Shown: positions 32,666-43,768 of the stretch, one piece after another
How positions within the stretch are numbered: position 1 is the first letter of the stretch
Layout of the letters: each line of letters opens with the position of its first letter
NCBI GenBank assembly: GCA_023334545.1
Contig: JAADVB010000004.1
Coordinates: 112,802 to 176,801 of the forward strand
Length of the DNA: 64,000 nucleotides
Direction: 5' to 3'
Origin: Salisapilia sapeloensis CBS 127946
Taxonomy: Eukaryota > Protista > Oomycota
The notes under the pieces: model-generated
Databases searched by the model: none
Seen by the model: the letters and a program-made list of their open reading frames with translations, nothing else
Told to the model about the DNA's origin: nothing
Made by a program: the position numbers and the translations under genes

Positions 32666-35437
32666 CTTGCGATTCTTGTCCAAGAATCGTTGTCAAGCAC
32701 TTTGGATTGGTGGAAATGTTAAAAAACGAACGGGATTGGTGAAAAAGAAGGAATATATGCTAAGTCTCTTATCGGTCCGAGTCGATTTCAGTGGGAGCAT
32801 GGAGTAGACAACGTCTGGGGAGGGGTGGTGCTGACTTGTGCAACTGGATTGAGGCTCTGGAAGGTGTGCTTACACATGGAAGAGTTATTCTTTTGTATGG
32901 TTGTTTGTATGAAATTCGGATTGTACTCGCTGAAGATCTTATAAGTTGCCTTCACGCAGTTCGTGATCGCGCCAGAGTAAATTGTCTCCACATTTGGCAT
33001 AGTAAATCGTGTCGAGCAGTTGCACAGAGGACTAAAAAGGGCATGTGAAGCGTCACCTTGTGATTATGCAGGACAAAAGGACCTTTTGATCTAATCGACA
33101 GTGGCACCTTCACAAGGCCAAAAAGCCGAAATCCATCACTCGCTATATCGCCCGAGCTTCTCGTTAAACAAACATGTGATGTCGACATTTGCATAAAAGT
33201 GTACAATTTAAACTTTGACAAATGTCTCCCTCACACCCTGTATGTCATCTTCGGGCGAATGCACTTCAATTGTGGATGTCGGCAATGTCGCGTTGATACA
33301 ATACTTTCGAACAGAATGATACAAACTCAACTTGCCCCATGAGCATGGCGATGGACAAATTTTCATTAGTAGATATGATTTTCACTCCTCCATCGTTAGA
33401 AAGAGAGCCATATTAATCCGTGCATTAAGGAAAGTCTTGATTGATCTGATCCCGCTCTTTTACCAGGACCCTGATGCAATCCTGTCCAAGCGCGAAGTGT
33501 ATCTATCGCTCTAAATGTGATGCAAAGATTGGGTGCTGGATCGATAGTTAAGGCAACGAGAAGATTTTTGACAGACCGGCTGCATCACTGACCATCTACC
33601 TTTCGTCTGAAGTCACGGCAAAGCCATGAGAGCACTCAAACCACCACGGATTCACGCTATAGGACGTGCTTGACCTAATTGACGTGGTTCTGTCAGTCTT
33701 TCAAAAGCGATTGACCTGGATGAACTTTTGTGAGTTACAAATTGATTAGAACTTGATCATATAATGCGATCATGACGGCTGAGCACGAACAAGTACGAGT
33801 TCCTGATCCGTACATTGCGTTCCTGCGTATCGACAGCTTCAATTGCTTTATTCGTGATGATGCTATCGTATGCGAAGCTTGCCGGTTTTACATCGTCCAA
33901 GTACCGAAAAACGGATCTTCAATGTCTACCTGTCCATCTCCCGGACGCTCTACTAAGTGTGTTTAGATGACTGTCTTGTACTTGAATCTACGCAGGGAAA
34001 TGCACTGTTTCGACTCAGTGTTTCCCGATGGATATGTGTATCCTAGTTGACATCCGCGTGGGATGAAGTCTTGGTTCGATATTCAGGCTCTAGCTTTCAA
34101 GTCTACGTGCTCGTCTACTTTCCATCGATTCTCCACCTCGTATCAACCCAAAGTACGATTTATAATTTATTTGTAGCCTAGGGAAATCCTGGCTGTCTAG
34201 TTTAAAATCCTGTTCCTTGACCCATGAAGCACTGGCCATGCGTGGCTATCAAGTATCCTGGACTCGCCTTCCCGTATTCAACCTGGTGCAACTCTCTTTT
34301 CCGGAGATTCCTCTTCAAAAATCCATTGTGGCAAGAGAAGAGGATGTGGAGGAAACGTTGCATCTTCGCATCTCAAAAGACGCGATCGGCGCGTGTTAGT
34401 TTCATGTCGACGGGCCACCTTTTTTTAGTAACGAAGGGAAAGGATACGGTCAGAAATTTACTTCAATACAGCAGTGATGGATGGCAGTGCACCCAAGATG
34501 TAGACGTATGCAAGCACCTTCAAGCGCGTCGCTTCGACATTGACATGTTCTTGGCGCTCGACCGTGACTAGAATGGCGCTTGGCAGGGATCCACGTCAAT
34601 AGGTTGTACCAAGGCAAGTGAATGGATACTCGGCTAGATATTCCAACTTTGTATGCCGCAAAAAAGAATGTGATATCCCAGTCCGAGGCTTGAACTTGGC
34701 AGGTCGAACCATTGCGAATGCCCCTCTGTTTGAAGTACGTACTGGCCACTACGTATCCGATCCAGATCTTCAATGGCTAGGAGCCAACGACGAAGCGGTA
34801 CCAGCGGTCGACCGTCCGTGTCCTATCGTGACGAGTTTCTCCAGCCGCGCGTCGAGGACTGTCGTCCCCAGTGACAACGGACCATCTCGTACGCTCATAG
34901 GGTGCATCTACTTGGCGTTTTACCTGGCGACGTGCGCACTTGAATCGCGGTTGCTGTGACAAGCCAAGTTGCACAGAAACCTCTTCCGTGTCCCTCCGAA
35001 CAATCCATAAAAAGCAAATGGGTTAAGCGGCCATCGTTTCAGTCCGATCAGCGCCGATCGAGCGCAACCTTCGAGAGCACGAGAAACACGCATTGCGAAC
35101 CCTAGCAATTCGCTCGATTAGAACGGCTTTTTGCCACGGTATACGTGTAAGCAACGTCTACGACAATACACCCTAAAACGCTAAAAACGGAAATTTTGTC
35201 TATTCGACTGCTGTTCAAAGACGCTACATCCAGACTTTCGAAGGTGTACTTGTAGTCCGAGAACACTTCACCGCCGACTTTGGCACACACGTCAGACTCT
35301 ACACCGGCGGATGTTCTAGGCATTCACAAAGTCACGAACACCGTACTTGTTGCAGACAGCGCCTTCGACAGCGCCTTTTATCACTTTACCGGCCTACCCA
35401 CAAGACCTTTTTCACCCGACACCACATCACGAGCTTC

Positions 35438-37490
35438 ATGACGGCCGACGCGACCGTTGTCATGCCTCGCAACGTCTTTGCTAGACTTCCGTCGTATAAC
35501 CCCTTTGTTGGCACCTTCCACCACGCCCCAAGGTACGGACTCTGCACTCTCAACACGGATGCTTTTGGACTAACAACTTGTATCTAGTGCCGGCAATCGC
35601 GGCGCCGTCTACTTTTCTGGCGAGATCATGGGCGTCTCAGAGCTGGAAGAACGCAAAAAGGTACGGCACCACCCGCTCACAGGGACGTTCCACTGCTTCC
35701 CGGGGTACTACGACCCATTGCACCAGCTTAGCCAGTTCCGAGCTCCGGAAGAGCGCTGGTCGGACACGGCGTCCGTCCGCTCCATGCGCTCCTTTGTCGC
35801 CGTCGACCTCGCGGACACGGACGACCCGGAAAGCTCCACCCACGGTGTCTTCCGTGCCAAACCCAAGATGCTCTCGCGCATGTACAGCGACTCGAGCTGC
35901 CTTCGTGACGGCGATATTTGGGCCCGACCCCGTCGTTTCAGCGATTCCGACAGAGACACCGCGTTCTCTGCCGCTGCGTACCACGCTGCCAGCACATCTT
36001 CCACCCCCCGCAACCTTGCCAACTTCCCTCTTCCGTACGTTTCTGGCCATGTCGACGAAGTGGATGAGGAGGTGATATCCACTTCCTCTGCCTCGTCGTC
36101 TCCGGCGTCTCCATCAAGGAAACGCGTGTCGTCGGAAGACTCCTTCAGCTTTCGTCGACCTCAAAAATCCTACGACAGCCTCTTGGAGTGCGAGTCCGAT
36201 GCATTAGACGTGCTCTTGCGATCGGAACGAGGTCCATTGACCCGCATGTCGTCTGCTGAATTAAACAGCGGCTTCATTTCTACTGGTAAAGGCATCTTCC
36301 GAAAGATGGGCTACCGCACTTCTCAGAAACCACAGCCGAAACCCAAGTATCCGCCTCGGGAAGATCCGGAAGACTCTCGCTTAAGTGACGAATACAACCA
36401 AATGGCGCCTAGGTTACCACTGAATCCGTTCGTGGCGAGGCGGTTGACGGACGGTGACCGGATCGAGATTCTCGCCATCCAACGTGGCGCACGTCGAGAT
36501 TCGGTGCCGACGGTCCTGCATCCTGGAAGTGACTCGGAAGAGGACGCATCGAACCACCCAAAGCCGTACTTTATCCATGAAAAAGCCGTCACGGAGCACT
36601 ATGACTTGTGTGGGGAAGACCAGCTAGGTGACGGCTCGTACGCAGTCGTCAAGCCAGCAATCCGACGGTCGGATAATCGGGAGGTGGCGATCAAGCAGAT
36701 CCACAAACGATATTTACGTACGGAAGAATCAAAGAGTGCGGTGGATCGAGAGATTGAAATCCACTTGCGTCTGCGCCATAAACATATTGTCCGACTGTAC
36801 GAAGTGTACGAGACGGCAGACTTTTTGTATCTGGTCATGGCGAAAGCGACCAAGGGGAACCTCAAGGCCTTGATGGAACGCAAGCGCCGACTGCCAGAAG
36901 CATTAGCAGCTAAGCTGGCGCAGCAGATCGTTCGTGCTGTCTTTTTCCTGCATGACTCTGGTGTCCTCCACTGCGACTTGAAGCCTGAGAACATCTTGTT
37001 GAGTGACGCCAAGGCAGTAAAAGAGGAGGATGGCCACTCGCCAAAGACAAAGAGCATGGATCCGCATGCAGACGTAAAAGTATCGGACTACTCGATCGAA
37101 ATCTGCGACTTTGGGCTGTCGGTAAAAGTGCCCGACGTGCGTTTCTATAAACTAACGGGGGATGTCCATAAAGTTCCGTTCAGTGGAGTCACGGGAACAC
37201 CGGGGTACATTGCCCCAGAGCTGCTACAGCAGCATGCGTATGGGAAACCAGTAGACATGTGGAGCGTCGGGACGATCATCTACGAGATGCTGACTGGTTT
37301 CCAACCGTTCTACCCACCTCATGCGTGTATTGAAGAGGATGCGGATTGGAACCCGGTGATTTGGAAACGGATTAGTCAACCTGCCCAGGACCTAGTGCGA
37401 AAGTTGTTGGAGAAGGACCCGAGCAAGCGGTTGACGGCAGCCCAAGCGCTGTCGCATGACTGGTTCGAGTCACCGACCTTTGCATTGTGA
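35438..37490 (+). CDS. Ser/Thr protein kinase, CAMK-like, with a long N-terminal extension, 2 exons
   Basis: Upstream exon 35438-35532 joins the ORF in frame via intron 35533-35587 (gtacgg..ctaac..tctag). Kinase motifs: LGDGSYAVV, VAIK, HCDLKPEN, DFG, GTPGYIAPE, DMWSVG. Confidence 0.92.
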
Positions 37491-37729
37491 TAAGTTAACG
37501 ACGAACGGAAATTTAGAAAAAAAGAAGAGAATGTATTTGAAAGTACGCCTCTTGTGTCTACTAGATCGTCAATCCGGTGTAACTGTCCTATGTAATGTGT
37601 GGACGAGGATGGGAATGATTTTTCCATGGAAGGATATATGAAAACCTGTGATACATGATAATGTACCTGCACCTAGATTTGTGCACCCAGGAGGTCTGGA
37701 CGGTACGAGAATCGCATAAAGTAAAACGG

Positions 37730-38359
37730 ATGACAGGACGACTGCGTTATTTCCTCGTAGCAATTGCCATCCACTGTGTGACAGCCCATGAGGTGGGGGC
37801 CATCCACCTGCGAGTCTCACATGGCAACCACATGAAGAGCACGCCTGAAGTGCATCACGTCAAGAGCAAGCAGGACATGGCCGAATTGGACACGACAGGC
37901 ACTGACGATGTGAAGGAATACGACAATGGACTGGTACTGATTAAAGACGCAGAGAAAGACGGTGGCGAGAAAGTTGCAAAGGAAGAAACGACCTTGACGG
38001 CACAATTAGACCAGGAACAGGCCGCCGCAATGTCTGCTTCCGGCCCCATCCTCTTCATCTGTGCCATCATGGGTGTGCTTGGACTAGTCATTGGCGTCAC
38101 AGTCGTCGCCATCATCAAGGCGAATGACAATATTAGCAAGGAAGAAGTAGGCAACACTCGATCGGTGCTTTCCGATGACATTGGCGAAAATAAAAGCCCG
38201 CAAACGGAAGATGACGTTGCGATGGTAAGCCCCACGATGCTAGAGCCTGCACGGGATGAAGACGCGATTGAAGAAAGCAACTACCTAAGCGACTCGGAAT
38301 CCGACAATAATGCCAGTGACGACGACGACGAAGGCACCTTCGTGAATGATCTAGCATAG
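37730..38359 (+). CDS. Hypothetical type-I single-pass membrane protein with an acidic cytoplasmic tail
   Basis: The ATG at 37730 gives a signal-peptide-like MTGRLRYFLVAIAIHCVTA. There is a TM segment ILFICAIMGVLGLVIGVTVVAII and an acidic tail. Confidence 0.75.
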   Translation: MTGRLRYFLVAIAIHCVTAHEVGAIHLRVSHGNHMKSTPEVHHVKSKQDMAELDTTGTDDVKEYDNGLVLIKDAEKDGGEKVAKEETTLTAQLDQEQAAAMSASGPILFICAIMGVLGLVIGVTVVAIIKANDNISKEEVGNTRSVLSDDIGENKSPQTEDDVAMVSPTMLEPARDEDAIEESNYLSDSESDNNASDDDDEGTFVNDLA

Positions 38360-38589
38360 CTTCAAAATACAAGAGCATTTGCATGTCCGTAGCTTTCCCA
38401 TCGGTACGATGTTGGTACGAGTCATTCAGCAGGAGCATGTGGTGGTACAACTTATCTGTCAATCGCACCGAGACAGCACTCCACGTAACTTTCCCTCGAC
38501 TGAGCTCGAGCGTGTCTATAATTAACGTCTGAAACGTCCCTATCTTTCACTTCCTTCGACTCGAGAACGCATATTGAATTTGATCCAAC

Positions 38590-39643
38590 ATGGCTGGTGA
38601 ATGGGTCATCGGCGTCGCGCTATCTCTCGCTGCGACCTTATTTGGGACGTTAGGCAAAGTCTTTCTTAAACTCGCGCACTCGACGAAGCGTATCATCATC
38701 GCACAAGCCGCTGCTACGCTCTGCGTCTTTGCCTTGAACCCTATCTTTGACGCACTCAGCTATGCCTACGCAGCTCAGTCGATCCTCGCTCCCATGGCCG
38801 GATTCAGCGTCGTGTGGAACATTGTGCTCTCTCCTTATATTCTGAGGGAACGAGTATCGTCATACGACCTGCAGGGCAGTGCCGTCATCCTCATCGGCTG
38901 CATTGGAGTCGGCATTTCAGGTAGTCATGAGACACCCGAACACAACAGTAGCGACATCTTCAGCCTCTTTGCCAGTGCCACGTTTGTCCGATACGCATTC
39001 GCTGCAGTTTTAGTTGCGGCAGTGGTACGACTCACACGCTTCCGTGTATTCAACCTAACACTAAACTTTATTTGTAGCTGATCTATGTCATCATGACTGC
39101 TCGTGTCCGGAACCCGTGGCGAAGATTCGCTTTCGGCGCTCTCTCCGGACTCGTGGGAGGGAACCTCTACTTCCTCAAGGTACGTACAAGATATGCTAAA
39201 ATGAAAACTGCCATGTCTAATACAACACGATTTAGGCTTCTGTCGAGTTGATTGGTGAGGGCGGAGACGTGTGGAACCACGCAGCGACGTACGTGATCTT
39301 CGTGATGACACTGACGACAGCAGGTGGAGGTATCTACATCCTGGACCTCGGATTGCGCGAGTACGATGCACTCTACCTCGTCGCGACATACCAAGCGCTG
39401 CTGATCATCATTGGGTCGCTCAGTGGCGTGATCTTTTTCCACGAAAACGCAGGCATGAACTCGTGGTGGCAGTTTATCATGTACCCTCTATCCATCGTCA
39501 CGACTGTCGTCGGGATCGCCGTCTTGTCGTACAAGCACACGCATGATACAGAGACGCATACGAACGGCACGACGACCGAAGACGAAGTGTCGCCGCTCAT
39601 TCGCCGAAAGTCGTCTTCGCAAGACGCAATAAGAACTGTTTAG
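38590..39643 (+). CDS. NIPA-like magnesium transporter (DMT superfamily), 3 exons
   Basis: Multiple TM helices; ALSYAYAAQSILAPMAGFSVVWN and LGLREYDALYLVATYQ resemble NIPA signatures. Two GT-AG introns (gtacga..tgtag; gtacgt..tttag) keep the frame. Confidence 0.85.
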
Positions 39644-39677
39644 AAATAGATGGAGAGAACTGTAGAAATTCTTTCTT

Positions 39678-40181
39678 TTATTGGCAGCAAGAAGCTTTTT
39701 CGTCCGGATCCGACGGGTAGTACATGCCTGCAGCCTTTAGTTTTCGGTTAATGACACACATGGCTCCGACCGCCAGAGCGATGACGGTTGCAACGAAGAT
39801 GACGATCGTCTGGAGAGCGTCCTGATACGCTTCCTCATCCTCCTTGTACGTCCGATAAGGCTCTGCTTTGCGTTTCTTGGATTTCTTTTTTTTCTTCTCG
39901 GCCTTGGGTTTGGCGTCGCCTTCCGTTTTACGCTTGATGAAGCGATCCACCCTTCGCGACAGTTCGCTACTGCATCGCTTGGACACTTCCTCTGGCGTGT
40001 TGATGTGATCCGTAAACTCTTTTTGGCATTTCTTCGTGAGCTTGGACAAGATCGTTGCGAAATCGTCTTCTGACAATTGGTCCAACGGATTTGGTTTCGT
40101 CTCCCCCTCTTCAATCTGAGCAGTCGAAGTTGCAAGCATCATGCATGCCAGCACTAGAAGTGCTGCGAGTGGTAGTCGCAT
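39678..40181 (-). CDS. Hypothetical small type-I membrane protein
   Basis: The ATG at 40181 gives the signal peptide MRLPLAALLVLACMMLATSTA. There is a lumenal Cys pair, a Lys-rich patch and a TM segment IVIFVATVIALAVGAMCVI. Confidence 0.75.
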   Translation of the reverse strand: MRLPLAALLVLACMMLATSTAQIEEGETKPNPLDQLSEDDFATILSKLTKKCQKEFTDHINTPEEVSKRCSSELSRRVDRFIKRKTEGDAKPKAEKKKKKSKKRKAEPYRTYKEDEEAYQDALQTIVIFVATVIALAVGAMCVINRKLKAAGMYYPSDPDEKASCCQ

Positions 40182-40370
40182 GACTGGTGTCAAGATCCTT
40201 TCGTTAGGTTTGTGTACTGACTTGTTGTCAACGTACCGCATTTGTACCTTTTTTCAGTAGGACACTTTCTCTTGGAAAGGATATAAGTCTGTCCGGGATG
40301 GATTTTTCCAATCAAAGTGGGTGTACTTGCTATCGGTTTTTTATCAGGAAAGCTGGCGACCGACGCGCGG

Positions 40371-41298
40371 ATGACGACGATATTCGACGGGTACGACGAG
40401 GAGTACCGCGCACTCACTAGCGACATATCCAAGAAGCTCAGTGAGATTGCATCCTATGAAGATCAGCCAGGTATGGTTGCTCTATTCTTGCTAGAAGATG
40501 TCTTCTTGCAATAGTCCATCTCTTATGACAGCAATGACGTCTCTGGTATACCATTTACTAAGCACATGATTCTTATAGACAAGAAGAAGAGTAGTATAAC
40601 GCATGTCGGCGACCTCCTCACCCAAGCGAACCAACTCGTACATTCAGTCTTCTCTTCCTTCGTTCCTCACTCTCATCTCTTTTCTCCAGATTCAACAAAT
40701 GGAGTTGGAAGTTCGTTCGCTCGATGCTCCGACGAAACGCGAGCTGTCGAAGAAAGTAGACCAGTACAAGAAGAGCTTAGCTTCTCTCCAGTCCGACCAT
40801 AAAAAGTTGCGTGAACAAGAGGAGCGCAATGGTCTATTTGGTGACGTTGAGAAAGCCAAGGAATCGAATGAACAAAAGGACCGGATGAAAGCGTCCACTG
40901 AGAAGTATGTTCCACTAGGTACTTTGCATGTGCCATCTACTCATGCTCTCCTAGGATGAAAGGTACGTCGAGTACGCTCGACAACGCTCGTCGTACTGCC
41001 GCCGAGACAGAAGATGTCGGTACGTTCCATGTTTATCTTGCACATAGCCAAAGTACTTATACAAGTGCCAACAGCTCTCTCCATTACGGACGAATTGGGT
41101 CGCAATCGAGAGAAGATTCAAGCTACACAGTCCAAGGTCAAGAGCATCAAGGACATGGCTACGCGGGGTGGCAAGATCGTCGGCCGCATGTCTGCTCGGA
41201 ACCGGCGGCAGCGCCTCGCACTAACCCTCGCCGGCCTGTTCGTCGCCGTCGCCATCTTCGTCATCATCTACTTTAGCATCTTCCATCGACGTGACTAG
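40371..41298 (+). CDS. VTI1: Qb-SNARE VTI1 (vesicle transport v-SNARE), multi-exon
   Basis: Motifs: MTTIFDGYDEEY (Habc), IQQMELEVRSL, AAETED/G..I..EL..NRE.I SNARE motif, and a C-terminal TM LALTLAGLFVAVAIFVIIYF. Canonical GT-AG introns. Confidence 0.9.
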
Positions 41299-41351
41299 AA
41301 GCAAGAAAGAGTACAAAGAGCCATTTGTGCATGCAAAAAAGAATCTCGACA

Positions 41352-43334
41352 CTAGCTCGTCCACTTATCTCCCCAAATATTCGCCAACTCGGTCAAGGAG
41401 CCACGCACAAGCTTTTCCAGTCGCTGCTTGTCCCGCACGCTTTCCACCACCGCTTGTTCCACCCACCTCCGCATCTCCTCTCGCTTCATCTCATGCCGCT
41501 GCCTCCGCTTTTCGTTCAAAACGCCACTGCGTTGGAGCTGGACCTCCTTCTCCTTCCTCTCTCGCTCCAGCTCCTTGTCGTTCAGCATCTTGGATACTTC
41601 TTCCTTTACCTTTTCCTCCTCCTGCTTCATCCTGGTTTCCTCCTGCTCCCCTTCATCTCGCTGGGAAGAGTACTGGTCCTCTAGCTTGTTCCTTTCCTCT
41701 TCCTGCGCCTTCTTCGTCTCTTCTGCTGTCGACAGATTCTCTCTCGCAGTCGACAGCTCTTGTTGCGAATTGAACAATTCGTCTGCTGCCACGTTCCGAC
41801 GATCATCTCGACCGGTTTTAAAGGTTGAAACGGCAGGACGGATGTGATGTTTCAAGTGCGATCGCAACTGCTCTGCTCCTTGGACACCACCAGACCGGAT
41901 GTTGGTGTGCGTACTTAGATCTGCACCTTGGGCGTTCTTGGCGGTGGATGGTATGAGTTTCAATTCCGTTGCTTTCGAGTGATATTCTGTTGCTTTCTGC
42001 TCTAACGAATCGATGATCTGATTACGCTCGGTATCCTTTTGCCACTGTTCGTCGATTAACTCCTTTGCACGAGCCTGTAATCGAGTCGTTTGTTCCGTCA
42101 TGTGCTGCTTTTCCTGTGTCATTCGAACCACTTCTTCCGACGATAGCTCTTGCTGAGCTATCTGTTCCTTGAGCTGTGTGATCCGCTCCTGCCTTTGACT
42201 GTACTGCTCGTCGAACTTGGCTGCATCCTTCTCTCGCGTCTCGATCTTTCGCTGAATCACGACTTTATGCTCTTCAAACTGTTTCACCATCGATCGGAAC
42301 TTGGCTAAATCGCTCTCACAATCCTCCTTCTTGCTCTCCAACGCCGGAATCGCATTCTCTTGTTCGTACAAGTCATTAATTTCATCGTCCAAATGACGTT
42401 CCATGTCTGCCCACTCGTCGACAAACCCTTCCTTCTCTGCTTTTTCATCCACCAAACGCTTCTGCTCTTGTGCATCCAACTTGCTACATTCTTCATCATC
42501 GCCAGACAAGAACTTTAGATACCTCTCTCCAATGTACATGACAAACGCAGCCCTCCCATCTCCTTCCGTCTCCTGCTCATTCTCCTTATCTTCATCGTCC
42601 ATCCCTTCGTCGTCGTCGTCGTCTACGATCGTCGCTTCCTCCGTCTTCTCCTCCATCACAACTTCATCCATGAGCCATACCAGCATACCTAGTAGACTCG
42701 GCCATGAATGCGGACTTCCGACCGCCACTAGAGCAGTCTTGGAAATGGAATATGGAAAATCGACTTTCCGTAGAGCGTTTGGGACGATCGTTTCCAGTCG
42801 TTCCTTTCGTTTCAACACGAACGACGGATCTAGTTTCTGCATTAAAAACTCGAATAGATTCTCAAAGTCTTTCCGCTGTGGTGCTCGCTTCAGTTCTCGT
42901 GCAGGTGGCAGCGATTCCTCAAATCCATGCGTGCTCACGAACTCCACCAATCGATCCACACATTCGCTTATGTACGTCCGATCCGTCAGAGGTCGATGGT
43001 CCGTGTTGATACCAACGGAGCTACCTCGACTATTCCGACTTCCACGGATGGACAATCGTTGGCTTGCCGTGGAAAGTCTCCCGCGCTGACCAATTGAACT
43101 TTGCCTCCGATTTTGCGCGGAAGGCGCGTTCGGGGCAGTAGAAAGTCGACGAGTGGATCCACCGAACGCATGCTGGTTACCAGTGGACGTCGAGATGCGC
43201 TTGGAAGGTTGAGAAGATAAAGACTGGCGTGAATTCAGCACGCGCGTAGGTCCGAGCGACCGGCGGGAGTTGCCATCAGAGCCTCGAGAAGAGGATGACA
43301 TGGGTGCCTCTGGCCCCAGTGTCGTTCTACGCAT
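41352..43334 (-). CDS. NDC80: Kinetochore protein NDC80/HEC1
   Basis: Basic disordered tail, D.RPL.DR..I..C...L..F CH domain, YSISKTALVAVGSPHSWP..LG.L.WL, and a long coiled coil. Intronless. Confidence 0.93.
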   Translation of the reverse strand: MRRTTLGPEAPMSSSSRGSDGNSRRSLGPTRVLNSRQSLSSQPSKRISTSTGNQHAFGGSTRRLSTAPNAPSAQNRRQSSIGQRGRLSTASQRLSIRGSRNSRGSSVGINTDHRPLTDRTYISECVDRLVEFVSTHGFEESLPPARELKRAPQRKDFENLFEFLMQKLDPSFVLKRKERLETIVPNALRKVDFPYSISKTALVAVGSPHSWPSLLGMLVWLMDEVVMEEKTEEATIVDDDDDEGMDDEDKENEQETEGDGRAAFVMYIGERYLKFLSGDDEECSKLDAQEQKRLVDEKAEKEGFVDEWADMERHLDDEINDLYEQENAIPALESKKEDCESDLAKFRSMVKQFEEHKVVIQRKIETREKDAAKFDEQYSQRQERITQLKEQIAQQELSSEEVVRMTQEKQHMTEQTTRLQARAKELIDEQWQKDTERNQIIDSLEQKATEYHSKATELKLIPSTAKNAQGADLSTHTNIRSGGVQGAEQLRSHLKHHIRPAVSTFKTGRDDRRNVAADELFNSQQELSTARENLSTAEETKKAQEEERNKLEDQYSSQRDEGEQEETRMKQEEEKVKEEVSKMLNDKELERERKEKEVQLQRSGVLNEKRRQRHEMKREEMRRWVEQAVVESVRDKQRLEKLVRGSLTELANIWGDKWTS

Positions 43335-43442
43335 GCTATGCTATCGAATGGTATGCAGATGAAGAGACTTGAGGATGGACAAAGAGGTCGACGACGATAT
43401 CCTCTTATCTCTCTTTTGTTTTTCCTTTTCTTTGGTTAAAAA

Positions 43443-43457
43443 TTCAAAAACCGCGCG
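43443..43457 (-). promoter_or_regulatory. CDE/CHR-like element (CGCGCGG-TT-TTTGAA on the minus strand) upstream of NDC80
   Basis: The plus strand reads TTCAAAAACCGCGCG about 110 nt upstream of the NDC80 ATG. It resembles the animal G2/M CDE/CHR element. The motif is short and could be chance. Confidence 0.3.
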
Positions 43458-43768
43458 TAAAAGCATCTTGGACGTTGTATAGGATGAATACTTTTATGGA
43501 TGGTCAGAACTGAATGCTAGTGGGAAGAAAGCAATCTTGAAAAGCTGGACGAGAGTACGGATGGAATGTTAGTTCGCCAGTCATGGTGTGATCTGAGGGA
43601 TTCTAGGATGGAAAGAAGGTGTATCCGCGGTTCTCGAGTAGACGATAGGGAGCCACAAGAAGAGCTGTTCAAACTTCGAAATTCTTGGCTGAGTCGTACG
43701 ACCTCGTCAAGCACATTCACAGCGGTAGTCAGCATTTGGTAATCGACTTTCGACCGATAACAACTAGA

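Noticed and set aside
40451-40578. Longer-than-usual first VTI1 intron (about 128 nt) as a snoRNA host
   Set aside because: I found no convincing paired C (RUGAUGA) and D (CUGA) boxes or H/ACA structure.
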